A stretch of DNA of 64,000 nt from Dehalococcoidia bacterium (GTDB lineage: Bacteria > Chloroflexota > Dehalococcoidia > Lucifugimonadales > CATOSD01): positions 680,532 to 744,531 of the forward strand of contig OZ242014.1 in NCBI GenBank assembly GCA_965204815.1. Direction: 5' to 3'. The position numbers and the translations under genes were made by a program. Positions within the stretch are counted from its first letter, which is position 1. Each line of letters begins with the position of its first letter. Below the pieces are notes generated by a model. That model ran no database searches and had not been told where the DNA came from. It was given only the letters and a program-made list of their open reading frames with translations. Below, piece after piece: positions 37,671-46,552 of this stretch.

Positions 37671-39533
37671 TTGTACGTCATAGGCACCGCCGGGCACGTG
37701 GATCACGGCAAGTCCACGCTAGTCCAGGCGCTCACCGGCATCGATCCGGACAGGCTCAGGGAAGAGAAAGAGCGCGGCATGACCATCGACCTGGGCTTCG
37801 CTTGGCTGCGGCTGCCCAGCGGCAACGAGGTCAGCATCGTGGACGTGCCGGGTCACGAGCGCTTCGTCAATAACATGCTGGCGGGTGTGGGCGGCATCGA
37901 CCTGGCGCTGCTGGTGGTGGCCGCCGACGAGTCCGTTATGCCGCAGACGCGCGAGCACCTGGCGATCCTGGACCTGCTAAAGGTCGAGCGCGGCCTGGTG
38001 GCGGTGACCAAGGCGGACTTGGTGGACGACGACTGGTACGAGCTGGTGGAGGCGGACGTCGAGGACGTGCTGGAGGGCACGGTGCTGGAGGGATCGTCCA
38101 TCCTGCCCGTGTCGGCCATCACAGGACAGGGCCTGCCCGAGCTGCTCGACGCGGTGGACGGAATGCTGGCCGACACGCCGCCAAAGCGGGACCTGGAACG
38201 GCCCCGGCTGCCCATAGACCGGTCGTTCACCATCGCGGGGTTCGGCACGGTGGTTACAGGCACGCTGATCGACGGTTCGCTCGACGCGGGCGAGAGTGTG
38301 GAGCTGGTGCTGTCGCGCCGGGAGACTCGCATCCGGGGCTTGCAGACGCACCGCTCGAAGGTCGAGCGCGCGCTGCCGGGCACCCGCGTGGCGGCTAATC
38401 TGAGCGGCGTCTCACATGAGGACATCAGCCGCGGCGAGGTGCTGGCCCGCGCGGGCTGGCTCCGGCCCACCGGCGCGATGGACGTGCGCCTGAAGGTGAT
38501 CCCGGACGCGCCGCATCCTGTGCGTCACAACATGTTCGTCACGGTGCACACGGGCAGCAGTGAGGCGATAGCGCGGGTGCGGCTACTCGAGGCACAGTCC
38601 GCTGCGCCCGGCGACGCCACCTGGGCGCAGCTCAAGCTGAGCACGCCGCTCGCCGTGATCAAGGGCGACTCGTTCGTCATCCGCTCCAACCGGACCACGC
38701 TGGGCGGGGGCGACGTGGTGGATCCGCACGCCCGGAGGCACAGGCGAATGTTCGCCCCGCTGCTGGACAGGCTGGAGGTGATGGACAGCGGCTCGGAAAG
38801 GGACGTGATCCTGAAGACTATCGAGCTGTCGGAGCCCAGCGAGTTCAGCACGCTGGTCACGCGTGCCAACCTGGCGCCGGAGGCCGCGCGCAGCGAGCTG
38901 CAGGCTATGGCCGACGAGGACATGGTTATGCCGCTGGGAGGCCAGGCCATCGGGCCGGGGGTGTTCGTCTACAGCGCTGCGGGCTGGGACGCGGTGTCGA
39001 GTGGCGCGGAGGCCGCGCTGGAGGCTTACCACAGGCAGTATCCGTTGCGAAAGGGCGCTCCAAAGGAGGAGTTGCGCAGCCGCATGAGGATGACGCAGCA
39101 GATCTTCAATGGCGCCCTGCCCGCACTGATGGACGACAACGTGCTGGTAGAGGAGGGCGTTCTGGTGCGGCTTTCCGGTCACAGCCCTCACCTGAACGAG
39201 ACACAGCGCAGAGCCGCCGACGACTACGTGCGGCTGCTGGAAGCCGCACCCTACTCGCCGCCCACCGACGCTCCCATCGACCCGGAGGTGCTGAACCTGC
39301 TCGTGGACGAGGGGCGAGTCGCCCGGGTCAGCGACACGGTGGTGTTTTCGGCGTCGGCCTACGAGGAGCTGCTGGAACGGGTTACGGCGCGCCTCAGGGA
39401 GCACGGCGAAATCACAGTCGCGGACGTGCGAGATATGTTCGGCACCAGTCGCAAGTACGCGTTGGCGCTGATGGACCACCTGGACAAGCGACGCGTCACG
39501 CGGCGCGTGGGGGACGCGCGGGTGCTGCGGTAG
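37671..39533 (+). CDS. selB: selenocysteine-specific translation elongation factor
   Basis: [27 protein letters not shown], then long C-terminal winged-helix-type domains. I propose the TTG start at 37671 because no ATG lies near the G domain. The ORF-track start is 37560. Confidence 0.85.
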   Translation: MYVIGTAGHVDHGKSTLVQALTGIDPDRLREEKERGMTIDLGFAWLRLPSGNEVSIVDVPGHERFVNNMLAGVGGIDLALLVVAADESVMPQTREHLAILDLLKVERGLVAVTKADLVDDDWYELVEADVEDVLEGTVLEGSSILPVSAITGQGLPELLDAVDGMLADTPPKRDLERPRLPIDRSFTIAGFGTVVTGTLIDGSLDAGESVELVLSRRETRIRGLQTHRSKVERALPGTRVAANLSGVSHEDISRGEVLARAGWLRPTGAMDVRLKVIPDAPHPVRHNMFVTVHTGSSEAIARVRLLEAQSAAPGDATWAQLKLSTPLAVIKGDSFVIRSNRTTLGGGDVVDPHARRHRRMFAPLLDRLEVMDSGSERDVILKTIELSEPSEFSTLVTRANLAPEAARSELQAMADEDMVMPLGGQAIGPGVFVYSAAGWDAVSSGAEAALEAYHRQYPLRKGAPKEELRSRMRMTQQIFNGALPALMDDNVLVEEGVLVRLSGHSPHLNETQRRAADDYVRLLEAAPYSPPTDAPIDPEVLNLLVDEGRVARVSDTVVFSASAYEELLERVTARLREHGEITVADVRDMFGTSRKYALALMDHLDKRRVTRRVGDARVLR

Positions 39534-39540
39534 GGTGGCG

Positions 39541-39580
39541 TACCCCCATCCTAACCTTCCCCCTGCGAGGGGGAAGGGAC
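39541..39580 (+). repeat. REP-like hairpin element, copy
   Basis: tacccccatcctaaccttccccctgcgagggggaagggac, between selB and nurA. Confidence 0.9.
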
Positions 39581-39590
39581 ATGAGGGAAC

Positions 39591-40811
39591 GTGATGGGCC
39601 TGGATCTGGGCCGCACGGCCTTGCAGATAGACCACATGGCGGACGAGGTGAGCGCCCGGCAGTCGGATTACGGGGAGCGGTTGCGGCGCGCGCTGGACTC
39701 GCTGCGCAACTTCGACACGTACAGCTACCTGGACAAGCTGGGCCGCAGCAGGTCCACGCTCGCCTGGAATCTGCCGGAGCCGATGGACGATCCGGGCGCG
39801 CGGTACTCCCCGCCTGCCCTGCCCTCGGACTACCGGGTCGTGGCGGTGGACGGCTCGCACATTGACGTGGACAGGCACCTCGCGGCGCGGTGCTTCCTCA
39901 TCAACATCGGCGTCGCGGCGCTCACCTACGGCTCGGTACCGGACGCCGATCTGTACAGCAGCCCGAGACTGTACGCTGGCGACGACGAGCTCGCCATACG
40001 CGATCCGGACTCCGGGCGGGAGGAGCAGGTACAGGGCGCGGTGCTGGGCGCCAAGCGCGCGGTGGAGGAGTTGAACGCCCTCGTAGACGCGGTGCGGGAG
40101 ATGCCTTCCAAGACGCCGACGCTGGCGCTGATGGATGGGACGCTGGTGATGATGGGCATAGGACTGCTGCGCTACGGCAACCGCCAGTTCGTGCTGAAGC
40201 ACCTGGTGGAGGACGGATTCGCAAGGGCGCTCTCCGAACTGCGGGAGATGGCACGGCAGCGTCCGCTCGCCGTCGCAAGCTACGTGAGCCTGCCCAACAG
40301 CGCGGAAGTCGCCAACGCGACGAGGCTGCTGGCCTGTCCCTACGAGGTGGCGGCGTGCGAGGCCAGGTGCGGCGGTCTGCCCGCGAGGGAGAGGCCGTGC
40401 GACGTCGCGGTGGGCGGCCTGCGGGACCGGCACCTGTTCGGCGAGATGCTGGCCAGGGGGGAGCGGTCGGCGCTGTTCAGAGGAAGTTACCGCATGGTGG
40501 AGGACTACTACGGGGATCAGCAGGTTTGCTTTTTCTACGTCAACGCGGGCGAGGAGATCGGCCGCGTGGAGGTGCCGTCGTGGGTCGCCGAGGACGAGGC
40601 GGCGTTGGGTCTCGCGCACGCCATGATCGTGGACCAGTGCGGCAAGGGGCCGGGCTACCCGACGGCGCTGATGGAGGCGCACGAGCAGGCGGTGGTCACC
40701 GGGCCGGACAGGCGGCTGTTCGCCGAGCTGGTGGAGAACGCGCTTCAGAACCGGGGGCTGCCAGTGTACACGTCGGAGAAGAACCGCACCAAGCGGCTGA
40801 GGTGGGTGTAG
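39591..40811 (+). CDS. nurA: NurA-family 5'-3' nuclease
   Basis: VVAVDGSHID and LALMDGTLV (NurA catalytic Asp motifs). Length is ~400 aa. Confidence 0.7.
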   Translation: MMGLDLGRTALQIDHMADEVSARQSDYGERLRRALDSLRNFDTYSYLDKLGRSRSTLAWNLPEPMDDPGARYSPPALPSDYRVVAVDGSHIDVDRHLAARCFLINIGVAALTYGSVPDADLYSSPRLYAGDDELAIRDPDSGREEQVQGAVLGAKRAVEELNALVDAVREMPSKTPTLALMDGTLVMMGIGLLRYGNRQFVLKHLVEDGFARALSELREMARQRPLAVASYVSLPNSAEVANATRLLACPYEVAACEARCGGLPARERPCDVAVGGLRDRHLFGEMLARGERSALFRGSYRMVEDYYGDQQVCFFYVNAGEEIGRVEVPSWVAEDEAALGLAHAMIVDQCGKGPGYPTALMEAHEQAVVTGPDRRLFAELVENALQNRGLPVYTSEKNRTKRLRWV

Positions 40812-40815
40812 CGGG

Positions 40816-41418
40816 ATGAAAGACGTGACGATTCGGGCGGTCAGGGCAGACGACTGCGACGACCTGTACGAAATGCTGGCGTGTCCCGGGGTCGTCAGGA
40901 ACACGCTGCAGATCCCGTACGTCTCGCTGGACAGGCGCGAGCAGTGGCTCAGCAACCTGACGGACAACGACTACATGCTGGTAGCGGAAGTGGACGGCAG
41001 GGTGGTCGGCAACATTGAAATCACTCGCAGGAAAAACCGTCTCGCTCACGTGGCGCAGCTTGGCATGGCGGTGCACGACGACTACCAGGACAGGGGAATC
41101 GGGACGGCCTTGATGGAGGCCGCGCTGGATCTGGCGGACAACTGGCTGAATATCAAGCGGGTGGAGCTGGACGTTTACACCGACAATGACCGGGCCGTTC
41201 ACCTGTACGAGAAGTTTGGATTCGAGATAGAGGGTACGCTGAGGTCGCTCGCCTTCCGCGAGGGCGAGTACGTGGACGCCTACCACATGGCGCGGCTGAG
41301 GGGTTCCGGGCCGCAGACGGGTGCGGTCGAACCGGCATCAGTCGATGACGCCCGCGCCCTTCGAGGCACTGGCTGGGAGGGCGATCTCGACGCGATGCGG
41401 TCCAGTTGCGCGCCGTGA
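40816..41418 (+). CDS. GNAT N-acetyltransferase with VapB-like C-terminal tail
   Basis: The GNAT core is QDRGIGTALMEAAL...LYEKFGFE...YHMARL. A further ~35 aa (SVDDARALRGTGWEGDLDAMRSS) resembles antitoxin C-termini. It starts 4 nt after nurA. Confidence 0.75.
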   Translation: MKDVTIRAVRADDCDDLYEMLACPGVVRNTLQIPYVSLDRREQWLSNLTDNDYMLVAEVDGRVVGNIEITRRKNRLAHVAQLGMAVHDDYQDRGIGTALMEAALDLADNWLNIKRVELDVYTDNDRAVHLYEKFGFEIEGTLRSLAFREGEYVDAYHMARLRGSGPQTGAVEPASVDDARALRGTGWEGDLDAMRSSCAP

Positions 41419-41798
41419 TCCTGATAGACAGTTCGGCATGGATAGAGTTCCTGCGAAACACTGGATCCGACGTTTGCAATCTCGTTGACGAACTCTTGAC
41501 CGAAGAGGTCGCAATCTGCGACGTAGTGCGAATGGAAGTGTTGGCCGGGGCGCGGGACGAGTCGCAACTGCGGAGACTTCGGGGTCTACTGGCGCGGGCG
41601 GTGGTGATACCGACACTGGCGACGGACTACGACGATGCTGCCACGCTCTATCGCCGTTGCCGTCGTCAGGGAGAGACAGTTCGCAAGCTGGTTGATTGCC
41701 TTATCGCCGCCACTGCAATACGCGCCGACGCGCCGATTTTGCATAGTGACACCGACTTCGAGGTGCTCGCTCGCCACACGGAATTGAGAGTCTATTGA
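41406..41798 (+). CDS. PIN-domain toxin VapC-like
   Basis: ILIDSSAWIEFL...EVLAG...DCLIAATA...LHSDTDF. The start (TTG 41406 or GTG 41415) overlaps the GNAT stop. Confidence 0.8.
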   Translation: MRAVILIDSSAWIEFLRNTGSDVCNLVDELLTEEVAICDVVRMEVLAGARDESQLRRLRGLLARAVVIPTLATDYDDAATLYRRCRRQGETVRKLVDCLIAATAIRADAPILHSDTDFEVLARHTELRVY

Positions 41799-42035
41799 AC
41801 TGGAAGCTGAGCTGAGAAACACTCCCATGCAACACGCTGCGCCTCCCAACTGCGCCGGTACCCGGCTCGGCGAGGTGGGTGTGAGGCGCTTCTGAGTAGA
41901 TGGCTTTGCGCTCTACTGCCGGTGGGTGTATCTTGGACGTATGGTACAAACCGACGCCGACTTCCTGGTAGTGCGCTCGGATCGTTTGTGATGATTGCGG
42001 ATAGAGTTCGACTTGGACATAGTTGCTGACACGCC

Positions 42036-42770
42036 ATGGTAGATACACACCCCCTGATCCCCGTCGTAGAGGAGCGCATCGCTGACCTGGAACGCCTCTG
42101 CACGCATTACCAGGTCAGCAGGTTGGACCTGATCGGCTCGGCCGCGACCGGCGCGTTCGATCCCCAAAGGAGCGACCTGGACTTTCTGGTCGAGTTCAAG
42201 CCGGCGGTCAGAGGTTTCTACTTCGACCTGCTCGTGGAACTCGAAACCCTATTCGGCCGTCACGTGGACCTCGTGATGGAGTCCGCCATTCGCAATCCGT
42301 ATTTTCGCCAGTCGATACAGCAGGCGCGAATTCCGATTTACGGGACATCTGAGCATGTCCATCAGTCCTCCGATTTCAACCGGGCCGGCAGTCTTGCCGA
42401 CAAGCCTAACAGGTCGCAAATGAAACTCTACAGTCTCAAGTACCTTTACGACATGCAGCGGGCCGTTCACTCGATAGAAGAGTTCACGGCTGGCAAGACG
42501 TTCGACGATTACCAGGACGACTACATGATGCGTTTGGCTGTGGAGCGCCTGTTTGGAATAATCGGGGAAGCGATGAGTGGCTTGGCTAGAGTGGACAGGC
42601 CGACTGCCGAACGTGTCACGGACTACCAGAACATAATCGCCTTTCGCAATGTGATCATTCACCAATACCCAGACCTCAACGATCACGAAGTATGGGAGAA
42701 GATCACAGTCTACCTTCCGACGCTCGGTTTGGAAGTGGATGCACTGCTTGGCGAGGGTGGCGACGCCTGA
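42036..42770 (+). CDS. fused minimal nucleotidyltransferase (MntA-like) + HEPN/DUF86 (HepT-like) protein
   Basis: The N-terminal part is LIGSAATGAFDPQRSDLDFLVEF (GS..DxD NTase). The C-terminal part is IIAFRNVIIHQY (Rx4-6H HEPN motif). Both lie in a single ORF. Confidence 0.7.
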   Translation: MVDTHPLIPVVEERIADLERLCTHYQVSRLDLIGSAATGAFDPQRSDLDFLVEFKPAVRGFYFDLLVELETLFGRHVDLVMESAIRNPYFRQSIQQARIPIYGTSEHVHQSSDFNRAGSLADKPNRSQMKLYSLKYLYDMQRAVHSIEEFTAGKTFDDYQDDYMMRLAVERLFGIIGEAMSGLARVDRPTAERVTDYQNIIAFRNVIIHQYPDLNDHEVWEKITVYLPTLGLEVDALLGEGGDA

Positions 42771-42818
42771 ATGCCCGCCTCTGTTCCATAAGGCCGCGCT
42801 CGCTGTAGAATACGGCCC

Positions 42819-43424
42819 ATGCAGTACACCCAGCCCCACCCGAATGGCGTTCGGCTCGGCGAGGTGGTGGAGTCCACGTCCACCGGGTTTACGACGCACT
42901 GCTACAGGCTCGACGAGCTGCCACCGCTGGGCGGCCTGGTGCGGGGCGGTGAGACGGCGCAGGTGTACGGCATCGTGTACGCGGCCTCTACGCGCAGCAT
43001 AGACCCGGCGCGGCATCCGATCCCGCGCGGCGCGGACGCCGAATCCGAGGAGGACGTGTACCGCGACAACCCCCAACTGGAGCGGCTTCTGGTGTCCGAG
43101 TTCCAATCGGTGATCGTGGGATACCGGCTCGATGACCAGGTGCTGCGTCAGTTGCCACCGCTGCCCCCGCGCATCCACTCGTTCGTGCGGGAGTGCGACG
43201 GTGAGGAGGTGCGCGAGTTCAGCGCGTCGATGGACTTCGCGCCGCTGCTGCTGGCGGCCTCCACTACCGCGCAGGACGAGGTGCTGGCGGCGTTCCTCCG
43301 GCTGGCGCGCGATTCGCACGCGGACCCGGACGGATTCCTGATCCGGGCGGGCCGCGAGCTGGTGGCGCACTTTCCGGGCCAGGCGCAGCGTCTCGGCGGC
43401 GTGCTGAGGAGGCTGGCATGGTGA
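42819..43424 (+). CDS. hypothetical protein resembling the HerA N-terminal (HAS-barrel) region
   Basis: GVRLGEVVESTSTGF...AQVYGIVYA parallels HerA GRVRVGSVVSGSLTGG...QRYFGVVTD. PPRIHSFVRECDGEEVREF parallels IPPHFSEVSLASEQDIQDVF. It overlaps the herA start (ATGGTGA). Confidence 0.5.
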   Translation: MQYTQPHPNGVRLGEVVESTSTGFTTHCYRLDELPPLGGLVRGGETAQVYGIVYAASTRSIDPARHPIPRGADAESEEDVYRDNPQLERLLVSEFQSVIVGYRLDDQVLRQLPPLPPRIHSFVRECDGEEVREFSASMDFAPLLLAASTTAQDEVLAAFLRLARDSHADPDGFLIRAGRELVAHFPGQAQRLGGVLRRLAW

Positions 43425-45064
43425 ACGGCGGGGGCGCGTTCGACTCGCTGGGCAGGGTTCGCGTCGGTTCCGTGGTGAGCGGTTCGCTCACGGGCGGGCT
43501 GGAGGTGCGGCTCGATCCCGAGGCGTCCATCGAGGACATCAAGGTGGGCGCGTTCGTGACGATGCAGGGCGAGAGGCAGCGCTACTTCGGCGTGGTGACG
43601 GACCTGGAGCTTGGCGCCACCGACGATAGCCTGCGTCTCAACCCGCCGGGGTTGTCGGACCCACTGGCGGCGCGGGTGTTCGCGGGCACCGCCGCCTATG
43701 GGTCGATCATGGTCGAGCCGATGCTGACGGTGGGCGCCGATGCGGAGGACGGACCGCAGCCGGCCAAGACGATACCGCCGCACTTTTCGGAGGTCTCGCT
43801 GGCGTCCGAGCAGGACATCCAGGACGTGTTCGGCGAGGAAGGGCCGGGCCACTTCTGGATCGGCAACCCGCTGGACATGGAGACGCGGCTGTGCCTGAAC
43901 GTCGGCGAGCTGGTCAAGCGCAGCAACGGCGTGTTCGGGAAGAGTGGCACGGGCAAGACCTTCCTGACGCGGCTGTTGCTGATGGGCATTCTGCAGAGCG
44001 GGCAGGCCACCAACCTGGTGTTCGACATGCAGAGCGAGTACGGCTGGATGGGCTACAGCGAGGCCAACCGGCAGGTGAAGGGTCTCAAGCAGCTATTCGA
44101 GTCCAGGGTGGCGGTTTTCTCGCTGGACGAGGAGAGCTCGCGGCGGCGCGGGCTGAGTCCCGATTACGTGGTGCGCATCGGGTTCGACGAGGTGGACGCC
44201 GACGACGTGAGGATGCTGCGGGAGTCGCTCAACCTGTCCGAGGTGGCCGCGGACGCCTCTTTCGAGCTTGAGCGCCACCTGGGAGGGAACTGGCTCAGGA
44301 AGTTTCTGGACTACGAGGGCGGAGAGGCGTTCCAGGAGCTTGCGTCCATGCTGAACGTGAACCAGGCGGCGCTCAGCTCGCTGCGGAGGAGGCTGGCTCG
44401 GCTGGAGCGGTTCGGATTCATGGACGACAAGACGGGCCACAACTCGGTCAACCGGATTCTGGACTACCTGGGCAGGGGCATGCACGTTGTGCTGGAGTTC
44501 GGCCGGTACGGCAACGACATCTCGGCGTACATCCTTGTGGCCAACTTGATTACGCGGCGGATATACGACCGCTACCAGGAGCTTACGGAGCGGGCGAGCG
44601 GCGACGACACGCAGAAGCCGACGCCGCTCGTGGTGACGATAGAGGAGGCGCACAAGTTCCTGACGCGAGAGGTCGCCGGCCAGACCATCTTCGGCAACAT
44701 CGCCCGCGAGATGCGCAAGTACAACGTGACGCTGCTTGTGGTCGACCAGCGGCCCAGCGGCATAGACGATGAGGTGATGAGCCAGCTCGGGACCAAGATT
44801 ACGTGCCTGCTGGACAACGAGCGGGACGTGGATGCGGTGCTGACCGGCGTGTCGGGCAGCCGCAAGCTGCGCTCGGTGCTGTCCAAGCTGGACTCCAGGC
44901 AGCAGGCGCTGGCGTTCGGCCACGCGCTGCCCATGCCGGTGGTGTTCCGCACGCGGGACTACGGCACCGAGGAGTCGTACCGGGAGTTCGGGTACATGGA
45001 CGAGGCGGAACTGCAGGCGCAGACGGAGCGCGACATCGAGGAGTTGTTCGGGCCGGCGCGGTGA
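43418..45064 (+). CDS. herA: HerA-like (DUF87/FtsK-superfamily) ATPase
   Basis: Walker A GVFGKSGTGKTFL and Walker B/sensor LVVTIEEAHKFL, followed by LLVVDQRPSGID. Confidence 0.75.
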   Translation: MVNGGGAFDSLGRVRVGSVVSGSLTGGLEVRLDPEASIEDIKVGAFVTMQGERQRYFGVVTDLELGATDDSLRLNPPGLSDPLAARVFAGTAAYGSIMVEPMLTVGADAEDGPQPAKTIPPHFSEVSLASEQDIQDVFGEEGPGHFWIGNPLDMETRLCLNVGELVKRSNGVFGKSGTGKTFLTRLLLMGILQSGQATNLVFDMQSEYGWMGYSEANRQVKGLKQLFESRVAVFSLDEESSRRRGLSPDYVVRIGFDEVDADDVRMLRESLNLSEVAADASFELERHLGGNWLRKFLDYEGGEAFQELASMLNVNQAALSSLRRRLARLERFGFMDDKTGHNSVNRILDYLGRGMHVVLEFGRYGNDISAYILVANLITRRIYDRYQELTERASGDDTQKPTPLVVTIEEAHKFLTREVAGQTIFGNIAREMRKYNVTLLVVDQRPSGIDDEVMSQLGTKITCLLDNERDVDAVLTGVSGSRKLRSVLSKLDSRQQALAFGHALPMPVVFRTRDYGTEESYREFGYMDEAELQAQTERDIEELFGPAR

Positions 45065-45079
45065 TGGGAGGAGAGATAC

Positions 45080-46180
45080 ATGAGCGTTGTATTCGACGGC
45101 CATGCCCATTGCTTCCCGCCTCTGGCCGAGGACAGGGGCATCAAGAGGCGACGGCTGGCCGAGCATCAGCACCACGTGCGCTTTCACGGCCAGGGCATAC
45201 GGAGGCTCAGCGACGGGGTCAGGGTGCCGGAGCAGTTGCTCGTAGGCGAGGGCGACGGCATCTCGTCCCAGCCCGACGTCGACTTTCGGATTGGCCCCTT
45301 CGGCAGGCTGGAGTTCACCCACGGCGGCGAGGACTATTTCATCCAGTGGATGCCTCCGACGCTCCGGGATATGTCGTGCCCGCCAGAGCTGCTGGTCGCG
45401 CAGATGGACTACGTGGGCGTCGACCGGGCGGTGCTTCAGCACGACAGGATCTACGGAAAGCTGGATGACTTTTTCGGGGACTGCGTGCGTCGCTACCCGA
45501 ACCGGTTCGTCGCCCTGGCGCAGGTGGACGAGTGGGTGGGAGGCCGGGACGACCAGCTCGAAAGGCTGCGCCGGCAGGTCGAGGACCTGGGCCACTCGGG
45601 GTTGTTCTTCTCCACCGGCGGGTTCTTCCAGGACGACTTCAGGATCGGCGTCAACGATCCCAGCCTAGAACCTCTGTGGGACCTTGTGAGAGAGCTGGGC
45701 GTCCCCATTCACTGGTACGCGGCAAAGCTGAGGCAGCCCCTGGCCGAGGATTACCTCGAGGAACTGCGGGAGTTCATCACCTGGGCGGAGGCTCACCCGG
45801 GCATACCCTCGGTGCTGACCCACGGGCTCAACAACGTTCACTACGACGTCGGCAAGCCGGACCGGTTCAGCGTCCCGGATGAGATTTGGACGCTTCTGAG
45901 GTTTCCCGGCTGGCACATGGAGCTGATGCTGCATCTGATGGCCGGGGACCTGGAGTTTCCTCCCTATGAGGACGGGCTGTCGGAGCTGGTGCGGTCCCTG
46001 GTTGAGGGCGCGGGCGCCGACAGGCTCGTGTGGGGATCGGACATGCCCGCGTGCGAGCGGACCGTGACGTTCAAGCAGTCGATGACGCTGTTCCGGTCGC
46101 GGTGCGAATTTCTGTCCGAGGAGCAGCTCGACGCGATCATGGGGGAGAATCTGGCGCGGCTGTACCCGCTGCCGTCCTAG
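45080..46180 (+). CDS. amidohydrolase-2 (ACMSD-like) family metal hydrolase/decarboxylase
   Basis: VFDGHAHCFPP at the N-terminus and LVWGSDMP near the C-terminus. Confidence 0.7.
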   Translation: MSVVFDGHAHCFPPLAEDRGIKRRRLAEHQHHVRFHGQGIRRLSDGVRVPEQLLVGEGDGISSQPDVDFRIGPFGRLEFTHGGEDYFIQWMPPTLRDMSCPPELLVAQMDYVGVDRAVLQHDRIYGKLDDFFGDCVRRYPNRFVALAQVDEWVGGRDDQLERLRRQVEDLGHSGLFFSTGGFFQDDFRIGVNDPSLEPLWDLVRELGVPIHWYAAKLRQPLAEDYLEELREFITWAEAHPGIPSVLTHGLNNVHYDVGKPDRFSVPDEIWTLLRFPGWHMELMLHLMAGDLEFPPYEDGLSELVRSLVEGAGADRLVWGSDMPACERTVTFKQSMTLFRSRCEFLSEEQLDAIMGENLARLYPLPS

Positions 46181-46512
46181 ATGCCGAGGCTGTCGAGGGA
46201 GGGGTCGTCGTAGCCGAAGTGGTGGGCGACCTCGTGGGTGATGGTGTCGCGTATCTCGCGCATGACCTCTTCATCGGTTGAGCAGATGGACTCGATGGCC
46301 TTCTGGAAGAGCGTGATCTTGTCCGGCAAGACCATGTCGTAGCCGTAGCGCTCTGTGAGCGGGATGCCCTCGTACAGTCCGAGGAGCAGCTCGTCCTCGT
46401 CGAGGCCGGAGCCGATTAGCTGGTCCTTCGTGGGCCAATCTTCCACGACCAGGTCCACGTTCTCGAGGTTGTCGAGGACGTCCTGGGGGAGCTGACTGAA
46501 GGCCTCTCTCAC
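46177..46512 (-). CDS. zincin-like metallopeptidase family protein
   Basis: 111 aa with the HEVAHHFG (HExxH) motif near the C-terminus. Confidence 0.7.
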   Translation of the reverse strand: MREAFSQLPQDVLDNLENVDLVVEDWPTKDQLIGSGLDEDELLLGLYEGIPLTERYGYDMVLPDKITLFQKAIESICSTDEEVMREIRDTITHEVAHHFGYDDPSLDSLGI

Positions 46513-46552
46513 GAGGCGCTCGAACTTGGATCGGGTGAGGGCTGCCAGTTTG

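Noticed and set aside
41799-42035. Lower-GC 237-nt gap between the PIN gene and the MNT-HEPN gene as a possible ncRNA or attachment site
   Set aside because: I could find no convincing promoter-terminator pair, conserved hairpin or repeat. It is probably just the junction or promoter region of an inserted TA gene.
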